The notes under the pieces: generated by a model
What the model was told of the DNA's origin: nothing
Database searches by the model: none
The model's input: only the letters and a program-made list of their open reading frames with translations
Position numbers and translations under genes: made by a program
Assembly: GCA_018897155.1 (NCBI GenBank)
Contig: JAHILE010000048.1
Coordinates: forward strand, 1,385 to 65,384
Direction: 5' to 3'
Origin: Nanobdellota archaeon
Lineage (GTDB): Archaea; EX4484-52; LFW-46
DNA length: 64,000 nucleotides
Part shown: piece after piece, positions 23,954 through 33,418 of the stretch
Position numbering within the stretch: the stretch's first letter is position 1
How the letters are laid out: the number at the start of each line of letters is the position of its first letter

Positions 23954-25780
23954 TTATTTTGCAATAATTCTTTTCAGCACCTCTGCAATCTCTTTTCCGC
24001 TTGCGCGCCCGGCAAGCTCTTTCATTGCCGCGCCGATAATGACATTCATTTTGCCGGTTTTTTCGCGCAAAATTATTTCTTCAAGTATTTTTTCAAGATC
24101 CTGCGCAGAAATTTTGGGCGCTGCTGAAATTATTTCTGAAATCGGCTTTCCTGTGCGCGAATATTCCAGAACAACCTGCGCAATTTTGTTTTTTTCGATT
24201 TTCCCATTTGAAAGCAACTCAAAGATTTCACGAAAAATAGCTTCGCTGATTTTCTCAATCTCAATGTTTTCCCGGGATTTTAATTGTGGAAGCGTGTTTG
24301 TAAAAAATATTGCGATAGTTTTTTTCTCGGATTCGTGTTTTTCTGCGATGCTTTCAAAAATATCCAGATAATCCGACGCAATTATCTGGCCTGCAAGCTC
24401 TCCGCCGATTTCTTTTTGGATATGCGCAAATTTTTCATCAAGCGTTTCAGGTCTCTTTATTTTCCGAATTTCCGATTTCAAAACAACAATTGGCGCGACA
24501 TCAGTTTCCGGATACATCCTTGCCGCGCCCGGAAGAGGGCGCATAAATTCCGAATCGCCATTTGCAAGGGCGCGGCGCGTCTCTTTAGGAACGCCATCAA
24601 GCAATTCATTTACACGATTTAGAACTGCATTCATCGCATTTTCCGCAGTATTTTTATCTGCGGCGACAATCGCGATAAGGTCACCATCCTTTGCTCCGAG
24701 AAATTTTCGCAGCTCGACAAATTCATTTATTATGCCGTATTTTGCCAGGTCTTCATCAGAATGTATTATTCCTTTGACTTTTGCTTTTGCGCGCGCGAAA
24801 CCTGCGACTTCATTTCCAAGAGTCCTAAAATCATTAAGCTTTTCCTTGAAAAGTCCTGCGATTTTTTCCAGCTTTATTGCATAAATCTCTTTTCCGCCAA
24901 GTATTTTTGACTGCGAGCCCTTGAAAACCGATGTTGCGTTGATAAAATACAATTCCTGTTTTTTGAAATCCCTTTCTTGGAGTTTTTGTTTTATATTCAA
25001 AAGCCCCGTCTGGCGCAAAACTTCCTGATTCACAAGTTCAGGAATCATTTTAAGGTCCTGCGCGCCTTTTATTTCCGTCCGTGCGCCGTCTTTTATTGAA
25101 ACATTTACATCCTGCCTGATTGTGCCTATGCCGCGCATCACATTTCCCGTGCTTTTCAGAAGCATGCCGATTTTTTCCGCGGTTTCTTTTGCATGCTCAG
25201 GGCTCTTTATATCCGGCGCAGTCCCGATTTCAACAAGCGGAATTCCGAGGCGGTTAAGGCCAAAAACAGTTTCCCCATCGCGAGTTTCAAGAATCTGGCA
25301 GCTTTCCTCCTCAAGCGAAATATTTGCTATGCCGACAAACCCTTTGGATGTTTCCAGATTTCCGTCAATTCCGACAATCGCGGTTCTCTGGAATCCTGAA
25401 GTGTTTGAGCCGTCAATCACTGTCTTTCGCATGAAATGAAGCTCTTGTGGAATTTTTGCAGAAAACATTTTTGATATAAGAAGCGAGATTTTGAGGGCGT
25501 CCTGATTTACGCTATGCGGCGGCTCTTCATCCATTTCCACAAGGCATGATGATTTCGGATAGATCTTGTAAATAAATTCCTTTTCGCGGCCAAGCTCGTG
25601 CATTACTGCGGCATCCACTTTACCAAGCTCGCCAGCCACTGCGCGCAGCTTGCGCGTTATTTCTGATTTTGAGGCTTCATCCACATCAGTCGCGCAATTG
25701 CAGAATAATTTCTTTGTCTTAAGGCGGCGGTGTATTTCAATGCCGCATTTAAATCCCATCTTCTGGTAATCAAGTTCCAT
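23954..25780 (-). CDS. gatE: Glutamyl-tRNA(Gln) amidotransferase subunit E
   Basis: MELDYQKMGFKCGIEIHRRLKTKKLFCNC..., 608 aa. Typical archaeal GatE N-terminus, length and C-terminal GatB/YqeY-like tail. Confidence 0.93.
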   Translation of the reverse strand: MELDYQKMGFKCGIEIHRRLKTKKLFCNCATDVDEASKSEITRKLRAVAGELGKVDAAVMHELGREKEFIYKIYPKSSCLVEMDEEPPHSVNQDALKISLLISKMFSAKIPQELHFMRKTVIDGSNTSGFQRTAIVGIDGNLETSKGFVGIANISLEEESCQILETRDGETVFGLNRLGIPLVEIGTAPDIKSPEHAKETAEKIGMLLKSTGNVMRGIGTIRQDVNVSIKDGARTEIKGAQDLKMIPELVNQEVLRQTGLLNIKQKLQERDFKKQELYFINATSVFKGSQSKILGGKEIYAIKLEKIAGLFKEKLNDFRTLGNEVAGFARAKAKVKGIIHSDEDLAKYGIINEFVELRKFLGAKDGDLIAIVAADKNTAENAMNAVLNRVNELLDGVPKETRRALANGDSEFMRPLPGAARMYPETDVAPIVVLKSEIRKIKRPETLDEKFAHIQKEIGGELAGQIIASDYLDIFESIAEKHESEKKTIAIFFTNTLPQLKSRENIEIEKISEAIFREIFELLSNGKIEKNKIAQVVLEYSRTGKPISEIISAAPKISAQDLEKILEEIILREKTGKMNVIIGAAMKELAGRASGKEIAEVLKRIIAK

Positions 25781-25862
25781 TATATCCGCCTAAATATAGT
25801 TATTTATCTAATGAAGTATATTAATAATATGAATATACGCCTATTAAGGGGTTGAAAGATCA

Positions 25863-26786
25863 ATGAAATCAGGAATTGTAGCATTTTTGGCAGTGCTTGT
25901 AATTATGTCAAGCACTAGCAATGCGATGAAAATAGAATCATACGGCATTGTATCGGAAATTACTGATGATAACGCGGTTCGCCAGAAAATGCTGATAACA
26001 ATATTAAACAATGAAGCCCGCGAACTTAACAGCGGCTCAATTTCCGCGCCTTTGGATTCCAAAATAGTTTCAATAACTGACAATTACGGCGACCTCGATT
26101 ACAATATCGAGAAAAACGGCAAGTCAGATATCCTATTCAGGTTATCAAAGCCGTTGCAAAGTGGCGAGCCGCGCATCATAGTGATATATCTCGAAACCAC
26201 AGGCCTTATAAAGAATACGGGGGATTATTTCGAATACTTGTTGGTATTTACGCCAAAACAAAACATATCTAATTTCGAGCATCTCCTGAAACTTCCCGAG
26301 GGCGCAAAGCTATACTCTTCCGAGCAATTTGCAGTTGTTTTCCCGGAGGCAAAAATCGGAAAAATAAATGATGTGATCTCTGTTGAATGGATTTCTGATC
26401 TGGCTGCCGGAGAGCCGCAGGTATTTCTCGCAAGATTCAAAACAGAACACATTAACTGGAAATCCATGGGCATGGCGGTTGCATTAATTATGGCAATGAT
26501 TGTTCTGGGGCGTTACCTACAAAAAATTCTGAAAAAAAACATCAACAGAAAAAAAGAAGATTTTGTAGTGCGCTCGTTGAACCTGTTAAACGAAAGCGAA
26601 AAGCCCATTGTAGAATCAGTTATAAGACATCCTGGAATAAAGCAGAATGAACTTCGCGAGATGCTAAATTACAGAAAATCGGCGATAAGCAAAATTATAA
26701 GCAGGCTTGAAGCAAGAGAAATAATAGAGCGCAAGAAATCCGGCAAGATAAACCGGATTTATCCGGGAGATCGCCTGAAAAACTAA
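25863..26786 (+). CDS. Membrane-tethered winged-helix (MarR/TrmB-like) regulator with extracellular N-terminal domain
   Basis: Signal-like helix IVAFLAVLVIMSSTSNA, a ~180-aa ectodomain and TM helix MGMAVALIMAMIVLG. Cytoplasmic LNESEKPIVESVIRHPGIKQNELREMLNYRKSAISKIISRLEAREIIERKKSGKINRIY. Confidence 0.6.
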   Translation: MKSGIVAFLAVLVIMSSTSNAMKIESYGIVSEITDDNAVRQKMLITILNNEARELNSGSISAPLDSKIVSITDNYGDLDYNIEKNGKSDILFRLSKPLQSGEPRIIVIYLETTGLIKNTGDYFEYLLVFTPKQNISNFEHLLKLPEGAKLYSSEQFAVVFPEAKIGKINDVISVEWISDLAAGEPQVFLARFKTEHINWKSMGMAVALIMAMIVLGRYLQKILKKNINRKKEDFVVRSLNLLNESEKPIVESVIRHPGIKQNELREMLNYRKSAISKIISRLEAREIIERKKSGKINRIYPGDRLKN

Positions 26787-26870
26787 TTTTTGCAACGGTT
26801 TCCACAACAGATAGTTATATGGTTTCCGCCAAAAAAATAAGAGGCTTAAATAACAGCCCAAGGTGAAATT

Positions 26871-29033
26871 ATGAATTGTGCGTATGGAAAAGACATATAT
26901 AAACAAGAAAACAAAGAGTATTTCATGAAACTAAAAAAACAGTTTGTTTTCTTATTTACAATATTGGTTGTGAGTGGATTTCTATTCGGAAATGTTTTTG
27001 CCGAAAATACTGCTCTAACAGCGGCTGGTGCTCGAACAGTATCCGCCCCGAGTGACGCTACCACTGCAAACGCGGCGGTAAATGACGCGACAGGCACTAT
27101 AAAATCATACGCGTCTGGTGCTGTAACCAGAAATGTTCTAAAGGCAAAGCTTGAGGAAAAATATGCCGCAGGCACGCTTACGAGGCAGGACTTAAAAAAC
27201 GCCCTTACAATAGCTTACCGCTACAACGTTCTGAAAAGAGAAGATCTAAGATATATCATTACCAACATGTACAAAGAGAACACGCTTACTCGAGATGACC
27301 TTAAATGGATTCTTAACCAGGCATATGCCCACAAAGAGCTTACCCGAGATGACCTAAGATACATAATAACTGTGGCTTACAAGAACGGCGAATTGACAAG
27401 AGAAGATATCAAGTTTCTTGTAATAGAAGCATACAAAGCGGGCGAACTTAAAAGAGATGATGTAATGTGGCTGATTGTACGCGCATACAAGAACGGCGAG
27501 CTTACAAAAGAAGACCTTAAATGGCTTGTTGTAAACAGCTATAAAGAAGGCAAGCTCACGCGAGATGATTTAAGAGCGCTCATAACCGCAGCATACAGCC
27601 AAGGCGAACTTACAAAAACGGATGTTAGATGGCTGCTTGTGAACTCCTACAAAGAAGGCGTATTAACAAGAGACGATTTAAGAACCGTAATTGCCGCAGC
27701 ATACAATCATGGAGAGCTCACAAGAGCAGACATTAAGTGGCTGTTCATTAACAGCTACAAGGAAGGTATCCTGACAAAAGAAGATGTTAAGGAACTCTTA
27801 AGGGCTGCTTATAAAAAGGGCGAACTCAGAAAGTCCGATGTTGAATGGATACTGAACGAAGGATACAAAACAGGAGAAATCACGCAATCTGAAATCAGCA
27901 TTGCTGAAACTACCGGGGAAACAGTTGCTGTTGAAGCCCAGCCGGCATCGGTTGCAAGCATGCCTGAAGTAACGACAACAACAGTAGCCACTGCAGCAGA
28001 ATCTTCTGACACAACAACATCAGGAACTTCAGCCACAACCGCTGTAAGAGATGAGCTTAAGACAACACAAGCATGGATGCTATATAAATACGCTCTTGTA
28101 CCTATGGAAAGGCACAGGATTGGCATGGAAGCGCTTATAGGCTATGTTGAAGGCATAAACGGAAGCACCGCAAAACTTGTCGAGCTTAAAAACCAGTTCG
28201 TAGCACAGCAGGATAGCCTCAAGGCAGCTGCAGAGAAATCAGATTACACCGGCGGAAGGGCTATTGTTGAACAGATGAAAAAGACAGTTGCCGACTTCAG
28301 AACAAATGTAAGGGCGCAAATAGGAACCAATACAGAAGCCGCAAAAGCCGCTTTGAACAATGCGCTTGAAGCAAACGAAGAATATCTTGATTCATTAGTA
28401 ACTGAAGCAAGAGAAGCTAAAAAGAACAGGAACCTTGAAGCTTTCGACTTTACAAACGCAAAAATACAGGCGCGACTTGATAAAGAAAAATCAAACGGAG
28501 CCGATGTATCTGCACTGCAAGCAAAACTTGATGAAATAAAAGACACAAGAAGCGCTTTAATTGATGCAATGAATACTGGAATAGAGTCGTGCAAAGGAGA
28601 AGGAATCGGAAAATGCACTAAAACCGAAGCGCAGAATCATATAAAACTGCGGGCAGAGCTTGAAACAGACTATATGCAGCTGCGCGAGCTTGCAAAGCAA
28701 ATCGGACAGAGCCAGAAAATAGGCAATGCGATTACGCAGGCATATAATATAATAGCAAATGCCGAAAAAACAATTGCCGCTGCAGAAAGAAATGGCTTAG
28801 ATGTTTCTGTCCAGAAAGCAAGACTTGCGGAAATAAAAGGAATAGTTAATGGCGCCAATGCAAAGTACCTGGCAAGAGAGTATACTGGCGCAGCCAATGA
28901 CCTTAAATCAGCACAATCTGCTTTCGAAACGCTGAAGAAAAACACTGTGACAACTGCCGCACCAACCGGTGCAAGACCCGCTACTGCAACCAATCCGGCC
29001 GGTACAAGGCCAATAGCAGCAACTAATAGATGA
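26871..29033 (+). CDS. Secreted protein with 13 tandem 18-aa repeats and an alpha-helical C-terminal half
   Basis: AGGTGA lies 5-10 nt upstream of the ATG at 26871. Hydrophobic signal KKQFVFLFTILVVSGFLFGNVFA (alternative ATG at 26925). Repeat consensus LT[RK]xDL[KR]W[LI]xxxAYKxGE. Thr-rich linker, then a coiled-coil-like tail. Confidence 0.75.
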   Translation: MNCAYGKDIYKQENKEYFMKLKKQFVFLFTILVVSGFLFGNVFAENTALTAAGARTVSAPSDATTANAAVNDATGTIKSYASGAVTRNVLKAKLEEKYAAGTLTRQDLKNALTIAYRYNVLKREDLRYIITNMYKENTLTRDDLKWILNQAYAHKELTRDDLRYIITVAYKNGELTREDIKFLVIEAYKAGELKRDDVMWLIVRAYKNGELTKEDLKWLVVNSYKEGKLTRDDLRALITAAYSQGELTKTDVRWLLVNSYKEGVLTRDDLRTVIAAAYNHGELTRADIKWLFINSYKEGILTKEDVKELLRAAYKKGELRKSDVEWILNEGYKTGEITQSEISIAETTGETVAVEAQPASVASMPEVTTTTVATAAESSDTTTSGTSATTAVRDELKTTQAWMLYKYALVPMERHRIGMEALIGYVEGINGSTAKLVELKNQFVAQQDSLKAAAEKSDYTGGRAIVEQMKKTVADFRTNVRAQIGTNTEAAKAALNNALEANEEYLDSLVTEAREAKKNRNLEAFDFTNAKIQARLDKEKSNGADVSALQAKLDEIKDTRSALIDAMNTGIESCKGEGIGKCTKTEAQNHIKLRAELETDYMQLRELAKQIGQSQKIGNAITQAYNIIANAEKTIAAAERNGLDVSVQKARLAEIKGIVNGANAKYLAREYTGAANDLKSAQSAFETLKKNTVTTAAPTGARPATATNPAGTRPIAATNR
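27177..27878 (+). repeat. 13 x 54-nt (18-aa) in-frame tandem repeat with a 108-nt higher-order alternation
   Basis: LTRQDLKNALTIAYRYNV / LKREDLRYIITNMYKENT / LTRDDLKWILNQAYAHKE ... LRKSDVEWILNEGYKTGE. From copy 7 onward, W..VNSYKEG units alternate with ..I.AAY..GE units. Confidence 0.9.
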
Positions 29034-29043
29034 GGTTGATGAT

Positions 29044-29277
29044 ATGAAAAAAACAACTGTTTTGTTTTTGGCATTTTTAGTGCTTGTAGTGGCTATAAGC
29101 GGCTGCTTTGGGAATAAAGAAACAAATACACCTACAACAAGCGGCTCTCAGCAAACCGTGCCAAGCGGCATCAGTACAAGTGAAAGCATACCTTCTGCAG
29201 ATGATGGCGCGGGATTAACTATTGAAACACCGCAGGCATCAGCTGACGAAAATGTCGATCTTGGAAGCCTAATATAA
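29044..29277 (+). CDS. Small lipoprotein-like secreted protein
   Basis: MKKTTVLFLAFLVLVVAISGCFGN has a lipobox-like ISGC, followed by Thr/Ser-rich sequence. Starts 10 nt after the previous stop. Confidence 0.55.
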   Translation: MKKTTVLFLAFLVLVVAISGCFGNKETNTPTTSGSQQTVPSGISTSESIPSADDGAGLTIETPQASADENVDLGSLI

Positions 29278-29304
29278 ACAAGCCAAAAGAACTATAAATC
29301 AAAT

Positions 29305-29344
29305 GAGTTAAAGCGGCAAACGCTTTAACTCTTTTTTATTTTTT
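29305..29344 (+). terminator. Strong hairpin plus T-tract terminator
   Basis: GAGTTAAAGCG (29305-29315), loop GCAAA, CGCTTTAACTC (29321-29331), then TTTTTTATTTTTT. Confidence 0.75.
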
Positions 29345-29392
29345 AAAGAATAATCTCTTTCAAACATGCGTTTGATTAATAAATTCGATAAT

Positions 29393-29947
29393 CTACAAAC
29401 TCAACTTCTCCGCAATCTCTTTCATTGCCTTAAGCGAAATTTCAACAAACAAGTCATAAGGAATTCCCGCGTTCTCACATTCCATAATATTCTCGCGCTT
29501 TGAGCCCGCAGCAAAGCCTTTTTTCTTGAACGCGTTTTTGACAGAATCCTCGCTGACGTTATCAATCTTTTTGCCTTTCACCATCGCGCAGGCGATTATC
29601 AGGCCGGTCATCGAATCTGCGGCAACTAATATGTGCTCCATTTTTGTTTCGCGCGCAACCGGATTTGCAATCATTGAGTTGTGGGCAAGAATCGCGCGCA
29701 AAACATCATCCGGAATTCCTTTGCCTTTCAGCAGCTCCTGCGCCAAAACTCCGTGCATCACCGGATTTTCCTTTGTCTTCTCGAAATCTATGTCATGCAA
29801 AAGGCCGCAGAGCGCCCACATCTCGGCGTTTTCGCTCAAAAACTGCGCGGATGATTTCATTATTGCCTCTGTCGCATACATGTGCTTCAAAAGAAATTCG
29901 CCTTTTACGTGCTGTTTTACTAATTCTCCTGCTTCTGAACTGTTCAT
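29393..29947 (-). CDS. HD-domain phosphohydrolase family protein
   Basis: HMYATEAIM...CGLLHDIDFEK...ILAHN is the H..HD..H..D pattern of the HD superfamily. Confidence 0.7.
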   Translation of the reverse strand: MNSSEAGELVKQHVKGEFLLKHMYATEAIMKSSAQFLSENAEMWALCGLLHDIDFEKTKENPVMHGVLAQELLKGKGIPDDVLRAILAHNSMIANPVARETKMEHILVAADSMTGLIIACAMVKGKKIDNVSEDSVKNAFKKKGFAAGSKRENIMECENAGIPYDLFVEISLKAMKEIAEKLSL

Positions 29948-29968
29948 AATATCACAATTTATTTTTCG

Positions 29969-30706
29969 TTACTGATTTTTAAAAGCATATTCGACAGCCG
30001 CTTTTGCATGTATTTCCGCAGTGTCAAACAGCGGAATTCGGCAATCTTTCTGTTTTATCAATAAAGGTATTTCAGTGCAGCCAAGAATAACACCATCTGC
30101 GCCGTTTTTTTCGAGGTTCGCGATTATTTTTTTGAATTGTTCCCGCGAAGTATCGCTTATTTTTCCGATGCAAAGCTCATTGTAGATTACATCATGCACA
30201 ACCTGCCGCTCTTTTTCATTAGGCATAATAACTTCTATGCCGTGATTTTTGCTTAATCTGCCTTTGTAAAAATCCTCTTCCATCGTGTACTTTGTGCCAA
30301 GAAGGCCAACTTTTTTAATTCCCATTTCCTTGATATTTTCCGCAGTGGCATCAACAATGTGCAGTATAGGAATCTTGATGTTTTTCTGCAACTCATCAAA
30401 TACTTTATGCATGCTGTTTGTGCAAATGATAATAAAATCCGCGCCAGCGCGCTCAAGGCTTTGCGCAGCATCAATCATCATTTTCGTTGCTTCACTCCAG
30501 TTTCCGGAATGCTGCAGTTTTGCAATTTCATCAAGATCGAAAGAATACATAATGCATTTTGCAGAATGAAGCCCGCCAAGCATCTTTTTAACGCCCTCGT
30601 TTATAATGCGGTAATATTCTATAGAAGATTCCCAGCTCAATCCGCCTATTAGGCCGATGGTTTTTATTTTCAGTTCTGTGCTGCCATTCTCTTTTTTCGG
30701 ATACAT
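29969..30706 (-). CDS. Aspartate/glutamate racemase family protein (aspartate racemase-like)
   Basis: IGLIGGLSWESSIEYYRIINE, IIICTNSMH and ILGCTEIPLL, with two catalytic-Cys contexts. The ORF-track start at 30757 is TTG. The first ATG, at 30706 (MYPKKENG...), is preferred. Confidence 0.8.
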   Translation of the reverse strand: MYPKKENGSTELKIKTIGLIGGLSWESSIEYYRIINEGVKKMLGGLHSAKCIMYSFDLDEIAKLQHSGNWSEATKMMIDAAQSLERAGADFIIICTNSMHKVFDELQKNIKIPILHIVDATAENIKEMGIKKVGLLGTKYTMEEDFYKGRLSKNHGIEVIMPNEKERQVVHDVIYNELCIGKISDTSREQFKKIIANLEKNGADGVILGCTEIPLLIKQKDCRIPLFDTAEIHAKAAVEYAFKNQ

Positions 30707-30771
30707 TTTTCTCACAGCGCATATTATGCGCGGCAGATTATAAGTAATTATACCCAATCCTTACGGGTATT

Positions 30772-31410
30772 TCATATGCCAAATTCCCTGTTCATAATCT
30801 TTATCTCGGCTTTTCTCAAATGCTCAAGAAGCGTTGCTTTGTTGAACCCTAACTTTTTTGCCAAATCCTGCGCAGAGATTTTTCTCGGCCAATTGTAATA
30901 GCCGCGCGCAACGGCATACTTCAGCACCATTTCCTGCTGGTCTGAAAGATTAAATCCATCAAATGTTGATTTTTTGACATATAGAAGTTCAAGCGCGCCG
31001 AGTTTTTTAATCGCTTCAATTGCATTTTTTATCGCGCCCTTTTCCGGCGCGGCAATTGTCCAGATTTCCCATCCGCCTTTCAGAAAGACTTTGCGCGATG
31101 CAAAGCAGTTGTTTTTCAGGATTGTGTGAACAACTGACTTGAATTTTATGCCTGATGTGTCCGTAAATACCTGCACAATCAGCTTCTTTTCAATTTCTTC
31201 AAGGACATTCCACTTCGCGATTATTTGGGATTTATCAAAATATTTCTTGATTGCATCTGCTTCGCCTTTTGCCAAAGATATTTCGGTAATATCCTGCACA
31301 AAATCCTTTGTAAGGCTAACTGTGATGTGCGTGAGAAATTCACTTTTAAATTTCACAAGACCGCCTGTCCAGCAGCCGTTGTGCTTCAATTTGAATCTGG
31401 CTTCGAACAT
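30772..31410 (-). CDS. HTH_10 (bacterio-opsin activator-type) DNA-binding protein
   Basis: C-terminal LSDQQEMVLKYAVARGYYNWPRKISAQDLAKKLGFNKATLLEHLRKAEIKIM. Confidence 0.7.
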   Translation of the reverse strand: MFEARFKLKHNGCWTGGLVKFKSEFLTHITVSLTKDFVQDITEISLAKGEADAIKKYFDKSQIIAKWNVLEEIEKKLIVQVFTDTSGIKFKSVVHTILKNNCFASRKVFLKGGWEIWTIAAPEKGAIKNAIEAIKKLGALELLYVKKSTFDGFNLSDQQEMVLKYAVARGYYNWPRKISAQDLAKKLGFNKATLLEHLRKAEIKIMNREFGI

Positions 31411-31471
31411 AGAATATGATTACATTTCTGAATTTATATGTGATTTCAAAGCAGTGGGCTAAACAAGGGCA

Positions 31472-32926
31472 TTACTGCACACCCTCATCCGCAATTGCCT
31501 CTTCAATGACTTCCTCGCGCATCCTGAAGTTCTCATTTAGTTTTGATTCGCGCCACGAGCCGCTCCGGTACCACAAAACTGCGGCAACTCCGGCAACAAC
31601 ATTTGCAACAGGAAACGCCCACCATATGCCGCTTGCTGCAAGAGCGGTGTGCTTTGAAAGAACGTATGCCAAAGGAAACCTCAGGACCCAAAGCGCGAAA
31701 ATTGCAAGGATCATAGGAATGAATGTATCGCCCCAGCCGCGAAACGCGCCTGCCAGCACCTGCTGCACGCCGATAAAGCCGAATGTCAGCGCAGTAATGC
31801 GAACAAAAAGCGCGCTTCCTTCAATAACCGCGATGTCTCCTGGTATGAACAATGCCGCAAGCGGCTTTGCGAATATGAAAATTATTATGCCGGCAAAAGT
31901 CAGGATAAGAAACGCCATAATCGCGCCCTTTTTTGTAATCTCACGCGCCCGGTCTTTTTTTCCGGCGCCGATATTCTGGCTGACAAGAGTTGATGTGGCA
32001 ATCGAAAATCCTATTGCCGGTATTATAACAAAGCTGATTATTCTTCCGCCGATGCCGTACATTGCCACTACCTCAGTCCCGAAACTTGCGACAAGAAAAG
32101 TCATCACTGCCATTCCGAGAGCCTGCGAAGACTGCTCAAGAGATGCCGGAACCCCGAGCGCAAAAATCCGTTTTATAACCGAATAGTCCGGCGCAAGATT
32201 TTTCAGATTCAAATGTATGCCGTACTTCCCGCTGAAAAGCATCCAAAGGCCGATTATTGCAGCAAGCCCTTGAGTAATGACTGTCGCAATAGCTGCTCCG
32301 GCAACGCCGTATGCTGGAATGGGGCCGTAGCCCATGATAAACAACGGATCAAGCACGTAATTCAAAGCAACTGTGCCAAGGACAACGTATATCGGCGTTT
32401 TTACGTCTCCGACCCCGCGCATGAGCGACTGGAAAACGAAATAACCGAATACGAAAACAAGGCCTGCAAAAGAGATCTGAAGGTATGAAACCGCGCCAGT
32501 AAAAACTGCCGCATCCGCACCCATCAGCTTTATGAGGTACGGAGATGCAAAATACCCTATTATTGAAAGCGGTATAGATACCAAGACCATCATCAGAAAT
32601 GTCTGGGCTGAAACATAATTAATGCTGTGCTGCCTGCCTCCGCCCTTATGGTGGGCGACAAGTATTGTCCCTGCGATTGCAAGCCCTCCGCCGATGGATA
32701 TTATCAAAAAGAGTATCGGAAAGCTTAATGAAACCGCGGCGATTGCATTCGCGCCAAGCCTGCCGACCCAGAACGTGTCGATAAGCTGGTACATTGTCTG
32801 GAGAATATTTGCAAAGATAATCGGCAATGCAAGGGCAAGCATTGATGATATTATGGGCCCTTCAGTGAGGTGGTTTCCGGCGCCTTTGGGATGGATTTGC
32901 GCGCCGCGCGATTTTTCAGAATCCAT
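31472..32926 (-). CDS. MATE family efflux transporter
   Basis: 484 aa with ~12 predicted TM helices. N-terminal LALPIIFANILQTMYQLIDTFWVGRLG and an internal duplicate, ALGVPASLEQSSQALGMAVMTFLV. Confidence 0.85.
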   Translation of the reverse strand: MDSEKSRGAQIHPKGAGNHLTEGPIISSMLALALPIIFANILQTMYQLIDTFWVGRLGANAIAAVSLSFPILFLIISIGGGLAIAGTILVAHHKGGGRQHSINYVSAQTFLMMVLVSIPLSIIGYFASPYLIKLMGADAAVFTGAVSYLQISFAGLVFVFGYFVFQSLMRGVGDVKTPIYVVLGTVALNYVLDPLFIMGYGPIPAYGVAGAAIATVITQGLAAIIGLWMLFSGKYGIHLNLKNLAPDYSVIKRIFALGVPASLEQSSQALGMAVMTFLVASFGTEVVAMYGIGGRIISFVIIPAIGFSIATSTLVSQNIGAGKKDRAREITKKGAIMAFLILTFAGIIIFIFAKPLAALFIPGDIAVIEGSALFVRITALTFGFIGVQQVLAGAFRGWGDTFIPMILAIFALWVLRFPLAYVLSKHTALAASGIWWAFPVANVVAGVAAVLWYRSGSWRESKLNENFRMREEVIEEAIADEGVQ

Positions 32927-32964
32927 CAGAACTCATTGTGCGCCAAATATATAAGGATTTGTTT

Positions 32965-33411
32965 TTAGCGAATGTACTTAAGGGAATCAACCGGATACAA
33001 TTTACCGGAAAGATAATCGCGCACCACAGCCTTTATTGTTTTTCCGCGCAACTTTGAATCATCCATTGCAAGAATTTCTTTGGGGGTGAACCAGCGCGCG
33101 TCCATAATTTCGTTCTTCGGAATATTCAATTCGCCGGAAACTATTAATGCTTTGAAACGAAAATGGATCCTCATAAAATCGTTGTCTGTGTTCGGAGGGT
33201 TCTGATATATCCCCACAAGGCCATCAAGTTTAACATCAAATCCGGTCTCTTCCTTTACTTCGCGCCGGGCCCCGTCAGCAATATCTTCCGGAGGGTCAAA
33301 TCCGCCTGCAGGAAAATTCCATAGCCCACGCACCCGTTCTTTTGCTTCCTGCACAAGCAATATTTTTCCATCCTTCTGGACAAGCGCGCCGACAGTTATT
33401 ATTATTTCCAT
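32965..33411 (-). CDS. NUDIX hydrolase
   Basis: Nudix box GGFDPPEDIADGARREVKEETGF. Confidence 0.85.
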   Translation of the reverse strand: MEIIITVGALVQKDGKILLVQEAKERVRGLWNFPAGGFDPPEDIADGARREVKEETGFDVKLDGLVGIYQNPPNTDNDFMRIHFRFKALIVSGELNIPKNEIMDARWFTPKEILAMDDSKLRGKTIKAVVRDYLSGKLYPVDSLKYIR

Positions 33412-33418
33412 ACAATAC

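Noticed and set aside
23770-23964. 64-aa minus-strand ORF (MQNNFYFFLKKYLKK...)
   Set aside because: Its low-complexity F/K/L translation comes from an A/T-rich promoter-like region. It overlaps the gatE stop and the better-supported micro-ORF in another frame.
24039-25439. Plus-strand ORFs antisense to gatE (24039-24371, 24284-24622, 25122-25439, 25193-25399)
   Set aside because: They are shadow ORFs within a confidently identified gene.
27177-27878. Regular 54-nt tandem repeat considered as a possible CRISPR-like or satellite array
   Set aside because: There are no spacers. The units are contiguous, in frame and conserved at the amino-acid level inside a long ORF, so this is a coding repeat.
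31416-32186. 256-aa plus-strand ORF
   Set aside because: It is antisense to the MATE transporter gene. Its translation is Ala/Pro/Arg-rich with no recognisable motifs.
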